From Cyanidioschyzon merolae (taxonomy: Eukaryota), in NCBI GenBank assembly GCA_000091205.1, contig AP006483.2: a stretch of DNA of 64,000 nt; one strand, given 5' to 3'. A model generated the notes under the pieces. That model was not told where the DNA came from, did no database searches, and was given only the letters and a program-made list of their open reading frames with translations. Below, one piece after another: positions 31,325 to 43,655 of this stretch. The translations under genes were made by a program, and so were the position numbers. Within the stretch, counting starts at the first letter, position 1; each line of letters begins with the position of its first letter.

Positions 31325-32997
31325 CGACTGTCATCGAGGAGGGCTCGTCCAGCTTCTCTCTCGATAACTTGCCTCGTCAGGCGGCAGGTTGCAGGAGTTC
31401 CAGATGCAAGGCTGCCAGGTGTCCCCATTCGTTTGGAATTTTCGATGAATTCTTCGTGCGCCAACTCATCTGGTGCACTGGACAGAATATGGAACATGGC
31501 TTGATCGAAGAATCAGAAACGTGCGCACAGGCTTTCCCGAGCACCTTGAGATGTTGCCGCGCATCGTCGGCGATTGGAACCTGTGAAGCGCCCGTTGCCA
31601 AAAAGCATCAATTCGGGGAAAGAAACTCATCTCCAACCGACCTGGATAGATAGAGAAGAAAACGTTTTCTGTGAGCGTGAATCTCGGCTTGAGGAATCTC
31701 GTGGCTGCCGAGGTACTTGGCAATCAAGAGGACGGAGCCAAAGAACGCAACGGAAACGAGACGAAGGCGCCGAACATTTCCCTGACTTGGTATCAACGAG
31801 TCGGCCATGCTGGACGCTTCAAGAGATGCCAACGACAGGAATGACGGTTTCAGGACTATTACTGAACCGCTGCGCACCCTGTCGAGCAGAGACGATCGCG
31901 TTGTTTGCTTTATTCAGGGCGTACAAGAGACCGCGCTTGGGTAGCCATCGGTTTCTGTTGTACGGAGACAAGACGCGGGCATTCGTCAACTTGTGCAATG
32001 CGTTGGAAAGGAAATGAACGACAAGTCGCGTCGTTCGGTGCTGGGCTCTATCGCTGGACCTCCCCTAGCCCGGTCATATTTACTCGTGCTTCCTGTACGA
32101 AAGCTTAGAGTTCGTGCAGGAATCGATGCTGTGCGATTCCCATGGATGCGTGCAGAGCGAAAGAAGAGCATCATGAGCACGCGTCCACGCTGGAGCACAT
32201 AGAGAAGCAGAGCCAGATGCATTCGATGGTGTTTGGTACGCTGACAGAAAGTCAGGCGGCGAGGTCATCAAAGCTACGAAGCTTGAGATGGGATGACTCC
32301 AACAGCGATCGTGCCCGCAAGCGCTTTCTGCATCGAAACCAAAAGCGCCTCGGTCAACATCCGGAAATGTCTCATGCTCCCGGAGCGTCCAGTTGCGTTA
32401 CATCGTGCAAAGTTTCCAGGGATCGTTTTGTACTTTGTGCAGGTATTGCCCGTTACCGCTGAAGACTTGAGATGAGAAAATCAGTGGCCACCAGAGATGG
32501 TATTTGATTCTCGCTAGGGGCAACAGAATTCTATACGAAGTTTGAGAGATTTGGCAATGCTGACGCCCTGCAGAGAAGCTCCGGGAAAGGTATCCCCGGA
32601 CAAGTGGTGAACGATCATGGTGTCCCGCTATTCGATCTACCGAGTATTTGTGGCAGGAAAGGTCATTCATGCATATCTGGCAGGGCCCGCCGCTCTCGAC
32701 ATACTCGTGTCTGAGACGCCATTGCGGCGTTGATCTAGCCGCTGCGACATATGAAGTTTTTTTGCAATACTCCCGTCATGCGTGCTGCTATTCGGCGCCA
32801 CATTTGGCACCGGACACGCTACCGATTCTCTCAGTCATCTTCGGTACCAGGGTGACAATCTTAGAGTTCGAATGCGCGCGAACAGATCTCAAGGAAACTT
32901 GGATGAACACTGGCGCATGTGCTGCTCAAGGCTGTCGCTCGCAAGGGGACTCCTGAGCCGTCCAGAATCTGCAGCAACTTCGCTATGATGAAACGTC

Positions 32998-33015
32998 CGC
33001 CGCCGCCGCCGCCGC
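32998..33015. repeat. (CCG)5-6 microsatellite
   Basis: ccgccgccgccgccgc read directly. Confidence 0.85.
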
Positions 33016-33918
33016 AACAGCAGCCAGCATCTGGAAAGAGCTCTATATCCAGAGCGTTGGTAGATTACTTCAGCGTCTAATTCTTCGAGCAGGACTGCTC
33101 CTGGGTGGGCGAAATAAAATAGCGTCCATGGAGCAACTGACGTCCCTGGGCGCTTACCGGCAAGGAGCGTTCCCGTCGAACCCGGATTCGATTCGTTGAT
33201 CTGCCGCCGATAGAAGGCACACGGCAATGACGCCCCCAGCCTGGTATCGCATGGAGGAAATAGTCTGGCAACTAAAATAGGCATATTGTCACCGTATCTC
33301 TCTGTTCAGCGCTCACGCACGCTTCCGCGCCGCACCCAACACGCAAAAAGTGTCGTGCATACGACCATGTTCGAGGATGCACCGAATTTCTTGAGCGACC
33401 CTTTTGTATACGTCGCGGAAAAAGCAGAAGCGCCTCCAACCATTGCATGACTATCGCGCCAGCCAGGGCACTGCCGGATGCTCTATCGCCTCTTATTGCC
33501 GCACCACGACGCTTCCAATGACGCCACACGACAGCCGGCGGAACACCACTGCGTGCAGCCGCCGCACGTGAATACTGTAAATTCCGAAGTGGAACTGTCT
33601 TTGTTTCTCTGCATATCGATCATTATCTCCCAGTTTGTGTCTCCAGAGTCGATTCAGTGATTCTGCAGCATCGATAAACTACGGCGAGCGCTTTTCGCGG
33701 ATGCAGCGGCGCACCAGACCCGCTGCTGGGCGCTTGAATTCCGAACGCAGGCGCGCATTGGCGGCACGCACACACGCACGTAGACACGTTTCTTCCTCCG
33801 TGCGTGTCGACTGCAACACGCACGCTCTTTGTTACCTGATTAGGAACTGTTTCAAGAGTACGCATCAAAAAAAGAGACTGCACCAGGTCTAATGTTCAAG
33901 TAGACGGCTTGGGTTTCT

Positions 33919-36900
33919 ATGCCGCTTGTGCCGGAGTTTCGAGTGATTTTCAGGTGCTCGAGCGCCGTGCGAACTATGGAGGAACTTCGTGCATACCTCC
34001 GCGAGCGCAGACACGCTGAACTCTTTGGGTTTCTGAATCGCCACGCTGGTGTAGATGATGCTGGTAATCTTGTAACGGTGGATGCTGGTGGCGCCTCCCG
34101 CAGCACTGGTGGGTGCGCGGGTACGTTCCCTGAGGCGCTTCGAGAACCGGACTCAAAAACTACTGCTCGAGGGGGCGCGCTCCAAGCAGAATCTTCTGGA
34201 CAATTACTTAACCTTGATTCAGAAATGAAAAATAGGGAATTGGAGTCGCAGCGCTTCCAGAACAGTCTATCCGCTGCTGGTACGCTTCCACCCGATGGTG
34301 GAGTCTCGAGCCCGAAAGCCCGCAGCGTGTCGGAGCGCCCAGCAGCGAGACTGGTGCGAGATCCAGCACAGCCGTATCGCGGAGCTTCCCAGCATGGCGC
34401 GCATGGTGTTAAGAACATTCCCGAAAGTTTGGACCCGAGCCAGCCTGACGATAACGAGCTCTGGCTCGTGTCGGAGCTCGGGGCGTCCAGTAACGACGAG
34501 CGAACAGTTCGTAGTCACGACAGTGTATCTGAGGTGCCGGACCCGCCCGCAGCAAAGAGCAGGCCGGATGAAGGGGCGTTCTCGATGAACCTGAGACCTG
34601 GAAGCCAAACACACATGAAAGCGCTGCGAGCCTCCGACGTAGAATGGGTCTGTGAGCGCCGTTCCTTGAAAAGAGGTCCCATTGCAGGGAGCGATTCCGG
34701 CGATTTGGTGATGAATTATGATGGGACAAGAGAGCATGAGGCGAGCAATGCGACAGTTGCGTTCCCTGAGAGTACTCATGGTGGAACGAGATCTCCTGTA
34801 TCGGGCACCAGCTCAGACGAGGATATATTTGAATCCATCCTCGGGGAAAATCGGCAGTACACGTTCTCTGTTCCAAAGCGTGCTCGCATTCGGTGCATGG
34901 AATTGCCGGATATGGATGAAATCCTTAGTTCGTTACGGGAGGCGGAGCCTGTGAGCGCTAAGTGTGAGACAGACCAACGGGAACGAAGCGAGGCGAGCGT
35001 GTGCTCGGGAACAAGTCACTGTGGCTCACCCAAAGCAGCAGTTTCGCCAATCGACGGACATAGAAACGTTGTCAAGCCCCTAGGAGATTCTACCAAATCA
35101 AATGTGCTGCCCGCTGAAATAGATTTGCGGGATCAATTGCCAAATAGTGGAGCGGTTCCTGCGACGCCGCATGCACCGACAACATTTGGAGGCCGCACGT
35201 CCTTTGTCTCACCGTATGTTGCGCCCAAACAACAGCATCCTCAAAGGACAGCAAGTCCAGAAAGTGCATCGATGCGGTCACCAGGGAAGGCCGCACTGCC
35301 AGAGACAAAGCACTCGAGCACTCGAGTGATTCCGCATGCTACGCGTCATGGTGAATCGCCAAGCAGCCCGGTGGTGGTGTGCGACACCTCGTCAACGCTT
35401 CCCCGTGAGTTGAATGAGTCCAGTGGAACAATCGCATCTACTGATCATCGCCGAGAGGGTCCAGGATCAGATCGGCCCAGTGCTCCTGAAAAGATGCGTT
35501 CTGAGCCTTCTGCTCTTCTTCTGAAAAAGCGGCAGGTTGCCTTAGAGCGGCTTATGCGATTGGAAGACGAATTTCTCGAGACCATCGATGCAGAACAAGC
35601 TGAACGGCTGCACACGCTCATCGAAAAAACGAAATCAGCCATACAGCATATTGATCGATGTCTCGGGAATGACGTTGCTACGAAGAAAGCAGCAAGCTGC
35701 ATACCGAATCCTGACGTAGATTCACAATCCCAGCGAATGGCGAGCTTAGCGAACGCTGCGGCGCTCTCGGCCAGCGGTGCTCGCCCGAGCGGAACACATG
35801 ACGCAGAAAACGCGTCTCCCGCGAATCCCGCAAACAGCTCATCTGGCGAGAGTGCGTTTCGTTGCAGCGCCTCCACTAAGGACGTCGTCACGTTAACGGG
35901 ACTGCGAAGCGAGCGCTACGGCTCCATGGCAGGTGCATCAGGAGCAGCGCCAGCTTGTGTCGGCAAGATTGGTGAGACCTCAGATCGTGCTGTCGACGCA
36001 GCCGAGGTTCACATGGCCATGACTGACCATTACCATGAAGAACAGCCCGTATCCAGACTTTACGACAAATCAAGTGTACCTGTAATCGAAGGCAGCACGG
36101 GGGCGCCCGCTGTCCCGGTCCAAATGACAACATCAGACGCAGTGGATCTCGATGAGGTCTTCGAAGCGGCCTGTGCTCAAGCTTCTGCCGAATTTGCTGG
36201 TGATAACTATCCGTGGTCAGCACAGCTGCATCACAACAACCGTGTTCAGTTCGGTAATCAGGGATTTCGTGCCAATCAGAAAGAGGCAATCAATGCGGCC
36301 ATGTGTGGGCGCGACGTTTTCGTCCTGATGCCCACAGGGGGCGGCAAGTCTCTCGTCTATCAGCTGGCCGCGACGCTCACGGGACCAGCGGGCTGCGGTG
36401 TTACTGTCGTGGTCTCGCCTCTGAAATCGCTTATCATGGATCAAGTGATGCGTTTGCAGGCGCTGCGTATTCCATGCGGTGCCCTGTGCGGCGCGACCTC
36501 GGAAACGGAATCTCGAGAGCTTATGCGTGATCTTCGCAGCTTGCATCCAAAGACTCGGATTCTTTACGTGACTCCCGAGAAAATAAGTCTTTCGGAGGCG
36601 TTTCGGTCCATACTCGATTGGCTTGCCTCTCGAAAACTTCTCGCTCGATTCGTGATCGATGAGGCGCACTGCGTGAGTCAGTGGGGCCACGACTTCCGCC
36701 CCGACTACAAGCGGCTTAGTCTCTGCAAGCAACGTTATCCGTCCGTCCCGCTGATGGCTCTGACGGCCACAGCGACAAGAGAGGTGCGAGAAGATGTCAA
36801 AGTGCAGCTAGGCATCCCACGCTGCGTTACTTTCAAACAGAGTTTCAATCGGCCGAATATTTCGTACGAGGTTTATCTCAAGGGGCCTCGTTCCAAGACT

Positions 36901-38730
36901 GTGGAATGGATCGCCGAGTTCATCCAAAATGAAATGCCGCGCGGTGCTTCAGGCATTATCTACTGTTTTAGTAAGCAAGAGTGTGAGGATGTAGCGAAAG
37001 CATTGCGACGCCAGTTTCGCATCGCAGCGGAGCACTACCACGCTGGTCTCACGGACGAGAGTCGCATTGCGGTCCAGCAACGTTGGATGAGGCGGGCCAC
37101 GCAGGTCATTGTCGCCACCATTGCCTTTGGCATGGGCATCGATAAGCCGGATGTGCGCTTTGTCATTCACTACACCATGCCAAAGAATGTTGAGGGCTTC
37201 TATCAGGAAAGCGGGCGCGCTGGGCGCGACGGTCAGCCCGCCCGCTCTATTGTACTCTTCTCTCATGCGGATCAGCGGCGGCTGATCGGCATGATCGACA
37301 AGAACTCGAACGGTCTCACGAGAGCGGCGCTATCGCTTCAGAAAGACGCTGTCAAGAGAATGGCGGCCTGGTGTCTCGACGACGTCAGTTGCCGGCGCGT
37401 GACAGTGTTGGCTCACTTTGGCGAACGCTTCGATCGTCGAGCGTGCAGTCCGCCGTGCGATAACTGTCGGAACCAGGCTCCCTGTCAAATGGAAGACTGG
37501 ACGGCTACGGCCCGCGGTGCGTACCAACTGGCGCAATGGATGCAGGACGTGCGGCGGATAACGCCAACTTCGGCCAGGATCGCCTCTGGTCTGCGAGGTT
37601 TCGAATCCTTTCGTACTACCGTAGGCGCTTCACCGGACGTGGATATACCGGGTTTCGGGAGCGCCCCGCCTGGTGCCAACGACAATGACATCTTTCGTCT
37701 ACTCGCGGAGATGGAGCGACTGCACATTCTCCATGAAGAGGTCTACCACAACGAAGTGCACGGTGGCGTCTGCGGTTGTTTGCGTCCAGTACCGGGGAGC
37801 CAGTCTCCGATTGTGCACGATTTACTATACGGTAACGAACGGCGTATTTATCTGCTTGTTCGACGGGGCAAGCACGGCCTTCAGGCGATCCGGCTGCGTT
37901 CAGAGATGGTGCGCGCTACTTCAGGACGCAAGCGGGGCGTCGCATCTGCAACAGGTGCCACCGATGCCTTCCCAGAAGACACCAATGATTCGGTATCGAT
38001 CGGGAACACCACCAAGTCGCACGCAGAATCAGTTCGAAATCGTCTTCTGGAGCTCCGCCGAAGCTGGTGTAAGCAGCACAAGGGCCTGCGGGCAGACTCA
38101 GCCCTTTCGACAACAGAGATCGACAGCATTGTGCGTATAGCACCAAAGAGTTTGACAGAACTTGCAGCTCTACGGCGCCGTTCTCGTAATCCCGATCGCC
38201 AGGTCCCCGATGCCCTCGTTTGGCAAGCCATTCATGGCGACCAAAGCGACTCTGCTGTGATATCTGGCGACGGCATGTTGCCTCGCGACGCGCTGCCTGG
38301 CGCATCGAGTCGACATGCGCACCCAACTGCGAGTGCCAGCGCTCCCGGAGTACTGTTATCCGACGAGGATTCCATAGATTCCGGTGATGATGTAACAGTT
38401 GTTGGTGCTCGCTCTGCGTCCATCGACAGTCCAGCGAAGTCGGCGACGTGCATCCATCGGAAGAACGGGCAGCGTTCAACAGGGCGCCGCCAGAGTCATC
38501 GCACTGGTCACGCCCCGAAGGCGGCGCTGGCGCAGCGTACGGGGAAACGTCCCGCACGGGTCAATGAACGAGGACCCAGGTTGTCTCGGAGCCAGGAGTC
38601 GTGCCCCGTGGGCCGGTTTCAGCGCAGTGGCGGCCCCAGTCGCAGAAAGCCAAGTCGCACAGAGGCGCTCGCATCCAGCGACTACGGCAGTGCCGCCCCG
38701 TGGACTGGGAACGAGGCCATGCCCCTGTGA
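33919..38730 (+). CDS. RecQ-family ATP-dependent DNA helicase of BLM/Sgs1-like architecture. It has a long disordered N-terminus of about 770 aa, a DEAH helicase core, an RQC zinc-binding region and an HRDC-like tail
   Basis: 1603-aa ORF. Motif I is LMPTGGGKSLVYQLAA. Motif II is FVIDEAHCVSQWGHDFRPDY, the RecQ signature. Also present: TATATREVREDV, GIIYCFSKQECE, HAGL...RWMRRATQVIVATIAFGMGIDKPDVRFVIHYTMPKNVEGFYQESGRAGRDG, and the Cys cluster CRRVTVLAHFGERFDRRACSPPCDNC. Confidence 0.92.
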   Translation: MPLVPEFRVIFRCSSAVRTMEELRAYLRERRHAELFGFLNRHAGVDDAGNLVTVDAGGASRSTGGCAGTFPEALREPDSKTTARGGALQAESSGQLLNLDSEMKNRELESQRFQNSLSAAGTLPPDGGVSSPKARSVSERPAARLVRDPAQPYRGASQHGAHGVKNIPESLDPSQPDDNELWLVSELGASSNDERTVRSHDSVSEVPDPPAAKSRPDEGAFSMNLRPGSQTHMKALRASDVEWVCERRSLKRGPIAGSDSGDLVMNYDGTREHEASNATVAFPESTHGGTRSPVSGTSSDEDIFESILGENRQYTFSVPKRARIRCMELPDMDEILSSLREAEPVSAKCETDQRERSEASVCSGTSHCGSPKAAVSPIDGHRNVVKPLGDSTKSNVLPAEIDLRDQLPNSGAVPATPHAPTTFGGRTSFVSPYVAPKQQHPQRTASPESASMRSPGKAALPETKHSSTRVIPHATRHGESPSSPVVVCDTSSTLPRELNESSGTIASTDHRREGPGSDRPSAPEKMRSEPSALLLKKRQVALERLMRLEDEFLETIDAEQAERLHTLIEKTKSAIQHIDRCLGNDVATKKAASCIPNPDVDSQSQRMASLANAAALSASGARPSGTHDAENASPANPANSSSGESAFRCSASTKDVVTLTGLRSERYGSMAGASGAAPACVGKIGETSDRAVDAAEVHMAMTDHYHEEQPVSRLYDKSSVPVIEGSTGAPAVPVQMTTSDAVDLDEVFEAACAQASAEFAGDNYPWSAQLHHNNRVQFGNQGFRANQKEAINAAMCGRDVFVLMPTGGGKSLVYQLAATLTGPAGCGVTVVVSPLKSLIMDQVMRLQALRIPCGALCGATSETESRELMRDLRSLHPKTRILYVTPEKISLSEAFRSILDWLASRKLLARFVIDEAHCVSQWGHDFRPDYKRLSLCKQRYPSVPLMALTATATREVREDVKVQLGIPRCVTFKQSFNRPNISYEVYLKGPRSKTVEWIAEFIQNEMPRGASGIIYCFSKQECEDVAKALRRQFRIAAEHYHAGLTDESRIAVQQRWMRRATQVIVATIAFGMGIDKPDVRFVIHYTMPKNVEGFYQESGRAGRDGQPARSIVLFSHADQRRLIGMIDKNSNGLTRAALSLQKDAVKRMAAWCLDDVSCRRVTVLAHFGERFDRRACSPPCDNCRNQAPCQMEDWTATARGAYQLAQWMQDVRRITPTSARIASGLRGFESFRTTVGASPDVDIPGFGSAPPGANDNDIFRLLAEMERLHILHEEVYHNEVHGGVCGCLRPVPGSQSPIVHDLLYGNERRIYLLVRRGKHGLQAIRLRSEMVRATSGRKRGVASATGATDAFPEDTNDSVSIGNTTKSHAESVRNRLLELRRSWCKQHKGLRADSALSTTEIDSIVRIAPKSLTELAALRRRSRNPDRQVPDALVWQAIHGDQSDSAVISGDGMLPRDALPGASSRHAHPTASASAPGVLLSDEDSIDSGDDVTVVGARSASIDSPAKSATCIHRKNGQRSTGRRQSHRTGHAPKAALAQRTGKRPARVNERGPRLSRSQESCPVGRFQRSGGPSRRKPSRTEALASSDYGSAAPWTGNEAMPL

Positions 38731-40063
38731 GGTGCCAGTAGCTGTCCCTGCTCGGCGTACCGCGGTACGCCGATCCTCATCACCAGGCCTTTACAGTCGC
38801 TCGAAATGCAGGGTGCCTGGCGGGTGAGGCAGGTGCCTCGCAGCAACGTACCAGTTTGGTTGGCTTTTGTCGTGAGCCCGCCGAGGGACTGGGCTTGAGC
38901 GCTTAACCGACCGCAGGTGATGGCGTTGCGGACGCAGCGCAGCTGTGAAACCCGTACGCCACTGTAAACGCTACACCGTATCCGTGTCCCCGGAAAACAC
39001 TTGTGTGGTGTCTCTCGACCTGTGAGGCGTCCTCCAGCGGAACCGTGTTCTCAAACGGTTCGGCGTTGCGCATGGCGAACACGCTAGTGTCGCTCCAGTG
39101 GATGCAGCTGCGCGACAACGCGCTTCCAGAGCCGTTCGCGAAGCGTTACCCCCGTTTTTTATGAATGTGCAGTTTTCGTCTCACGAATAGACATGGGCAG
39201 CGAACTGAGAGCTTTCACGATATTCCGGCTTTCCGCTAGAGAGTTTCCTCGGAAACCTGCAGATAAATAATGCACCATCGAAACACCTTTCTTGAATCAG
39301 GGATCGTTTACACCCGTCAAGTTCCCCGATCGTGCACCAGCATTCACCAGCCAGGCAGCAGAGCATCCTCCAATCCCGAAGCAGACCTCCGAGTTCCAAG
39401 ATTGCCACTGCCACAACCGCCCCCCAGACTCGTATTCGAAGTCCATGGTCTGTTCATATGATCACTTGAGCGCCAACTGGCAGTGACGCGCACCCTTTTT
39501 CATGTCCGTAGCTCTGCACCAAACACATCACGGAAATAGAGTTGCTGCTGTATGCAATCTTCGAGGGCATGCTCTCAACGCATCTACGGCGGCGGATGTG
39601 CGTGTCGAATCGCCCGAGTGGACACGCAGGCGATCGTTCAGCGCTGTGACTGCCGAGCCCCGGTGCTCGCAATGACGAACAGCGCGTACAGTCGGGCATT
39701 CTAGTGTATGTCTCGATGTGCTGTGAAACGAACAGCACACCATTCCGCACAGGGCTTACCATCGTCGATTCTGGAGTTCGTGCAAACGCTCCGCGACACC
39801 AATGAATCATGGAATCCCGCGCCGGGCGTGCAGCAGGCGGCACGCATGGCTGCAGCGCTGCCCGCAACCGGCGATGCCGCTGATCGCGCCTCGAGGCAGC
39901 GGTGGCAGATCGCGCGAGCCGCCCGCCCTGCACAAACGTCGCCGCTCTGGCTGGCGCACGGGCCACTGGCGATAAACAATGCGAATTTTGCCGGCGACTA
40001 GAACTCCTGGTGTGTAGCGGCTGCGTTCGGTCCGCCCAGCTATCGCCGGAAACAGTGTTGAAC

Positions 40064-41602
40064 ATGACTCGAGGAAGGGTGACTCTTGAACTTTTGAAGG
40101 ATGAGAAAGCGAGAAATACGACTTTTTCGAAGCGGAAGAACGGATTATTTAAAAAAGTTCTGGAGCTGAGCGTGCTCTGCGACTGTGAGATCGGCATTGT
40201 GATTTTTAACCACAACGGGAAGCTAGTGGAGTACAGCAGCAAAGGTGAAGATAGTCTTGTTGACTTGATTAGACGATGGGGAGCGTACACAGGCACCGTT
40301 GAGTCGAAAAGCAACCTCACGGCACTGCAGCCTGCAGCTGGGCGCTACGAGCAGCTGTGTCCCCGCTGGAACGTGCACCCGGTGCGTTCGGAGGTCGAAC
40401 CTGCTCGCGTCGCTCGGAGCGAGGGTTCCCCACGAGCGCCTAGACTCAGGCCTCGTTATTCTTCGAAAAATAATGACGTGGTCAGCGCCGGTGAACCAGG
40501 CAACCAACCAGATTCACGTTCTTCGACACAGGACGTGCTTGTACCTAGTATGGCGAACGATGACCAGTTTGTTGAGTGTGAGTCTCTTAGAAAGATGTGT
40601 GCCGAGGCAGATATGATGCAGGACCTGCGGCGTCAGTATGAACGATATCGGGAACGGATCCTGCGTTGGTCGGGCAAGCGCCGGCGTGGTGCGCAGTCGA
40701 CCGAGCACACCACATGTAGCGGTAAACGCTGCCATATCGAGAGCGGGGACGATGACTCGTCGAGGTTCCCGTCTGCAGACCTGGTCGATTTGCTGAAAAG
40801 TGAAGATACCCGGCCTTCGGGGGCAGCAACGGAGGAAACTGGATCCCCAGCTTCCCGGAAGAAGCGCTTTCGGCCAGAGGCGCTGTCGATCGAGGTGGAT
40901 CCGCTGGGTATGGCCTTCAGCGGCGCGAATAATGAGAAACAATCGACTGGCACCTGGGATCAGACCGCTCTTCGACCGGGTTTCTTCGCGTCCGACGAGA
41001 CTTTACGCAACCAGACGCCATCGGTAACGTTTCCAGAAGCAAGCACCAGCGGCAGAGGACCGGTTCTTGAGGCACCGTTCTCCGGCCAATTGTATCCTTC
41101 GGCGGGCGTTGGGAGCCAGCTTTCACCGCGGCTCTCGTACCGCTCGCTTGTGTCGTCATATCCAATTCTGGTTCCATCACCTGCAGGATTGCCTTCTACA
41201 ACAGGCTTGGGCGTCCCTGGTGTGATGATACCCACACCAACTGGAGCCAGTACGAGGCATGTGCCTGGTTGCCCTCAGGGAGGCGCAGGCACTGGCGCCG
41301 CCACAGCCACCGGAACAGAAACCGGAGGACCGCCATCCCATCCGCGTACGCAGCCGGCGATGTTGAGTCCAACAGCGCTCATTTTCGAGCAAATGGGACT
41401 CGCTACTCCACGGGAGTCAGCCTCTTGGGGCGGCTACAATGGGACCTGGTTTTCGTTTGTTGGTACTGGTTCTACTCCGCGGATGGGCGCTTATATGGAG
41501 CGCGCCACTGGAACAGGAAATCAGAGCACCTCTCCGTCGCAACCATTCTCGGCATCCAACGATGCGGAAAAGAATGCTCTCGATAGCCCGGCTGGGACGT
41601 AG
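40064..41602 (+). CDS. MADS-box transcription factor of MEF2 type (type II). The C-terminal region is low-complexity and Ser/Pro/Gly/Thr-rich
   Basis: [59 protein letters not shown] matches the MEF2 MADS domain (..[40 protein letters not shown]). The ORF opens at 39902, but the first 54 aa are upstream of the canonical MADS N-terminus. Confidence 0.85.
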   Translation: [512 protein letters not shown]

Positions 41603-42289
41603 CACGCCCACATCGATGCAGCGTTGGATGGTGCTGTGTCTCTAACCGGGGCAAAGTGCGCCAGCGATGAGGCCGCTTCTCTGTGCTCGGAACTCAGTAT
41701 CCAGGGCTGCGACCCGGACGCGACGCCGTCTCACGCCACGAACTTGTTTCATTGATTTATGGAGCTCTGCAGCTCCGCTTTTGGACGTGTAGCGTGCAGG
41801 GGTCTCTCTCTGCAAGCCACTTTGAACCTTTTGCTTGCATTGGAAAGAATTTCCGAACGGATCGATGCATATGATCGTTCGATGGGATGATTAAGGCGCC
41901 TCAGGTGAATCCAGTGGAAGCCTGGTGCAGTGATTGCGTGGGAGGAGCCGACGCCCCCCGCTCCCCGCAGCCTCGCATATCCGCTGAATTCAATGCTTCT
42001 TTGCCCGATGTCAAGAAGATTGACCTGGGCTCTAATGCTTACCTCTGAGACCAAGCGCCTGCGCGACTGTGTGCCTGTGCATGAATGCATGCGTACCCCC
42101 AGTGCAGAAATGTCAGGCACCGAACCTTGCTCCAGTGGCAAGGCCTATGCCTTTTTTGGGGCACCCGATTGTCCCAGGGCAATGACCGAGATGAAGGCGA
42201 GTGCCCAAGTGAGCATCCTCGTCATCGCATGAAGTCGCTGAACACTTGCTCAGTGGGAGATTGTGCTCGCGTCCGTCTTCTATGCCGCT

Positions 42290-43655
42290 TACACTCGTGT
42301 ACGAATGGAATGGGACAGGTGCCCGATCAAGGCCGTATACGCGGTAAAGATTTGGTCTCTTTCCGTTGCCATCAACACCAGCGTTTCCGGGGGGGTTTCC
42401 TGTGACTCGTTTCGTCTGCTCCCTCGTACCTCGGGTTTTCAATGCACTGGTCGTTCCGGTCTCTCAAGCGCTATCGCTAGCAGTCAAGGATGTTGAGAGC
42501 GGCGTGAAGGTTCAGATCTCGCCGCTTCTCACTGTTATCGACACAGTTGGTATACCTGCGGTAGCTGCGATCTTCGCTTCGCATGCCGCTTTCATCTTGT
42601 CTATATACAGTCGCGGTATGCGCTTCGCAGCGGTGGCGCCTGGCCTGGTTCAGGCGCTCTGATACGTCGAGCAAGCCGCTTACTCCGCGAGCCGGCTGGT
42701 GGCTCGTGAACGCCTGCTTTATCGCTCGCTAGGCGCCCGGGACGCGTAGCGAAGAGTCCCGCTGATGCCCGCCTGCGATGCAGCGCCCGGTGGGGTACCT
42801 CTTGCGACCAGAAGCTTCTCGTGAGCGATCGCTTTCGAGCATGCACTGTTTGCTGCACAGGTAAGCGCGCGCGCTTCCATTCGGTAGAGCGTTTGTGGCA
42901 CGTGGTGTTGTTCCCGGTAAGCGAAAGCCGGACTCCTAGTCTAGGCAGGGGAACAAGCCGAGATACTCCGATCCGACTACACACGCCTCGTGCGAACCGG
43001 AGACGCGCTCTCCACGGGGAACCTTCGCTGCGCTGACCCGAATCCTGGTCCAAGACTCTTTGCGCTTCGAACGCGCAAGTCACGGGATCCTCGGTCAGCA
43101 TGCGCCATGCGAGGTATCATGCTGGTGTCGAATGGCAATTCGTTGAAGGGTCTAAGAATCAGAGGGCTTGCGCTTCGAGTGGAATCGATTATTAGGGAGA
43201 GGAATGCTCGGCGGACACTTGGCGTGAGCTCGTGAAAATGCCTGCAGAGGAGCGTGTCGAGTATTTTTCGGCACCAGTACAGCGGCAAGAAAGGCTGTGT
43301 CCAGTCGTTGCCTTGAAACAGGAAGAAGGGAAACGTGAGGCATGCTCTATGTGAGCGATCTACGCGCAAGCCAGTAGAAGAATCGAGGCCAATGCGCTTG
43401 TACTGTTCAATGATATTGGACGTTTGACGAACGCTTGCTCGAAAGCGCGGTGGACCATGCTGATTCAGGTACTGTGAAAAATTGCAGATGCACGGGGTCG
43501 AAAGAGGCACTCGGAAACCTCCGCCGCTAATCCTAGAAAACCGTTTGAATTTGTCGGGCGCAATTGTTGCACTCCGAATGCGGAGGCTGTACATCGGGAA
43601 GAAGATGTTTGGAAAACGTCGAAGGGCACGAACACAGCGAGCAGTTCAGTATTCC
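42290..43655. repeat. Left arm of a long inverted repeat (IR-L), about 1366 bp
   Basis: It is the reverse complement of 47003-48369 at about 99% identity. Identical ORF pairs are 42366..42662(+)=47997..48293(-) and 42977..43594(-)~47149..47682(+). Pair 42601..43101(-) vs 47558..48058(+) differs at one residue (K/E). Boundaries were set by nucleotide comparison at tacactcgt and attcc. Confidence 0.9.

Noticed and set aside
37597-37608. ggtttcgaatcc, which resembles a tRNA T-arm (GGTTCGAATCC).
   Set aside because: It has an extra T and lies inside the RecQ coding frame, with no acceptor or anticodon stem context. No convincing tRNA was found anywhere by eye.
34267-38557. Numerous 60-213-aa ORFs on the minus strand and in alternate frames inside the RecQ gene, e.g. 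34409..34876, 36217..36732, 37916..38557.
   Set aside because: Shadow ORFs typical of GC-rich coding DNA. They overlap a strongly supported helicase CDS and have Arg/Ser/Pro-biased composition.
42977-43594. 205-aa ORF, and the identical 177-aa ORF 47149..47682 and 166-aa ORFs, within the inverted-repeat arms as protein genes.
   Set aside because: They are preserved identically only because the arms are ~99% identical. Their composition is Arg/Ser/Pro-rich and they contain no recognisable motif, so coding status is unsupported. They are kept only as part of the IR finding.
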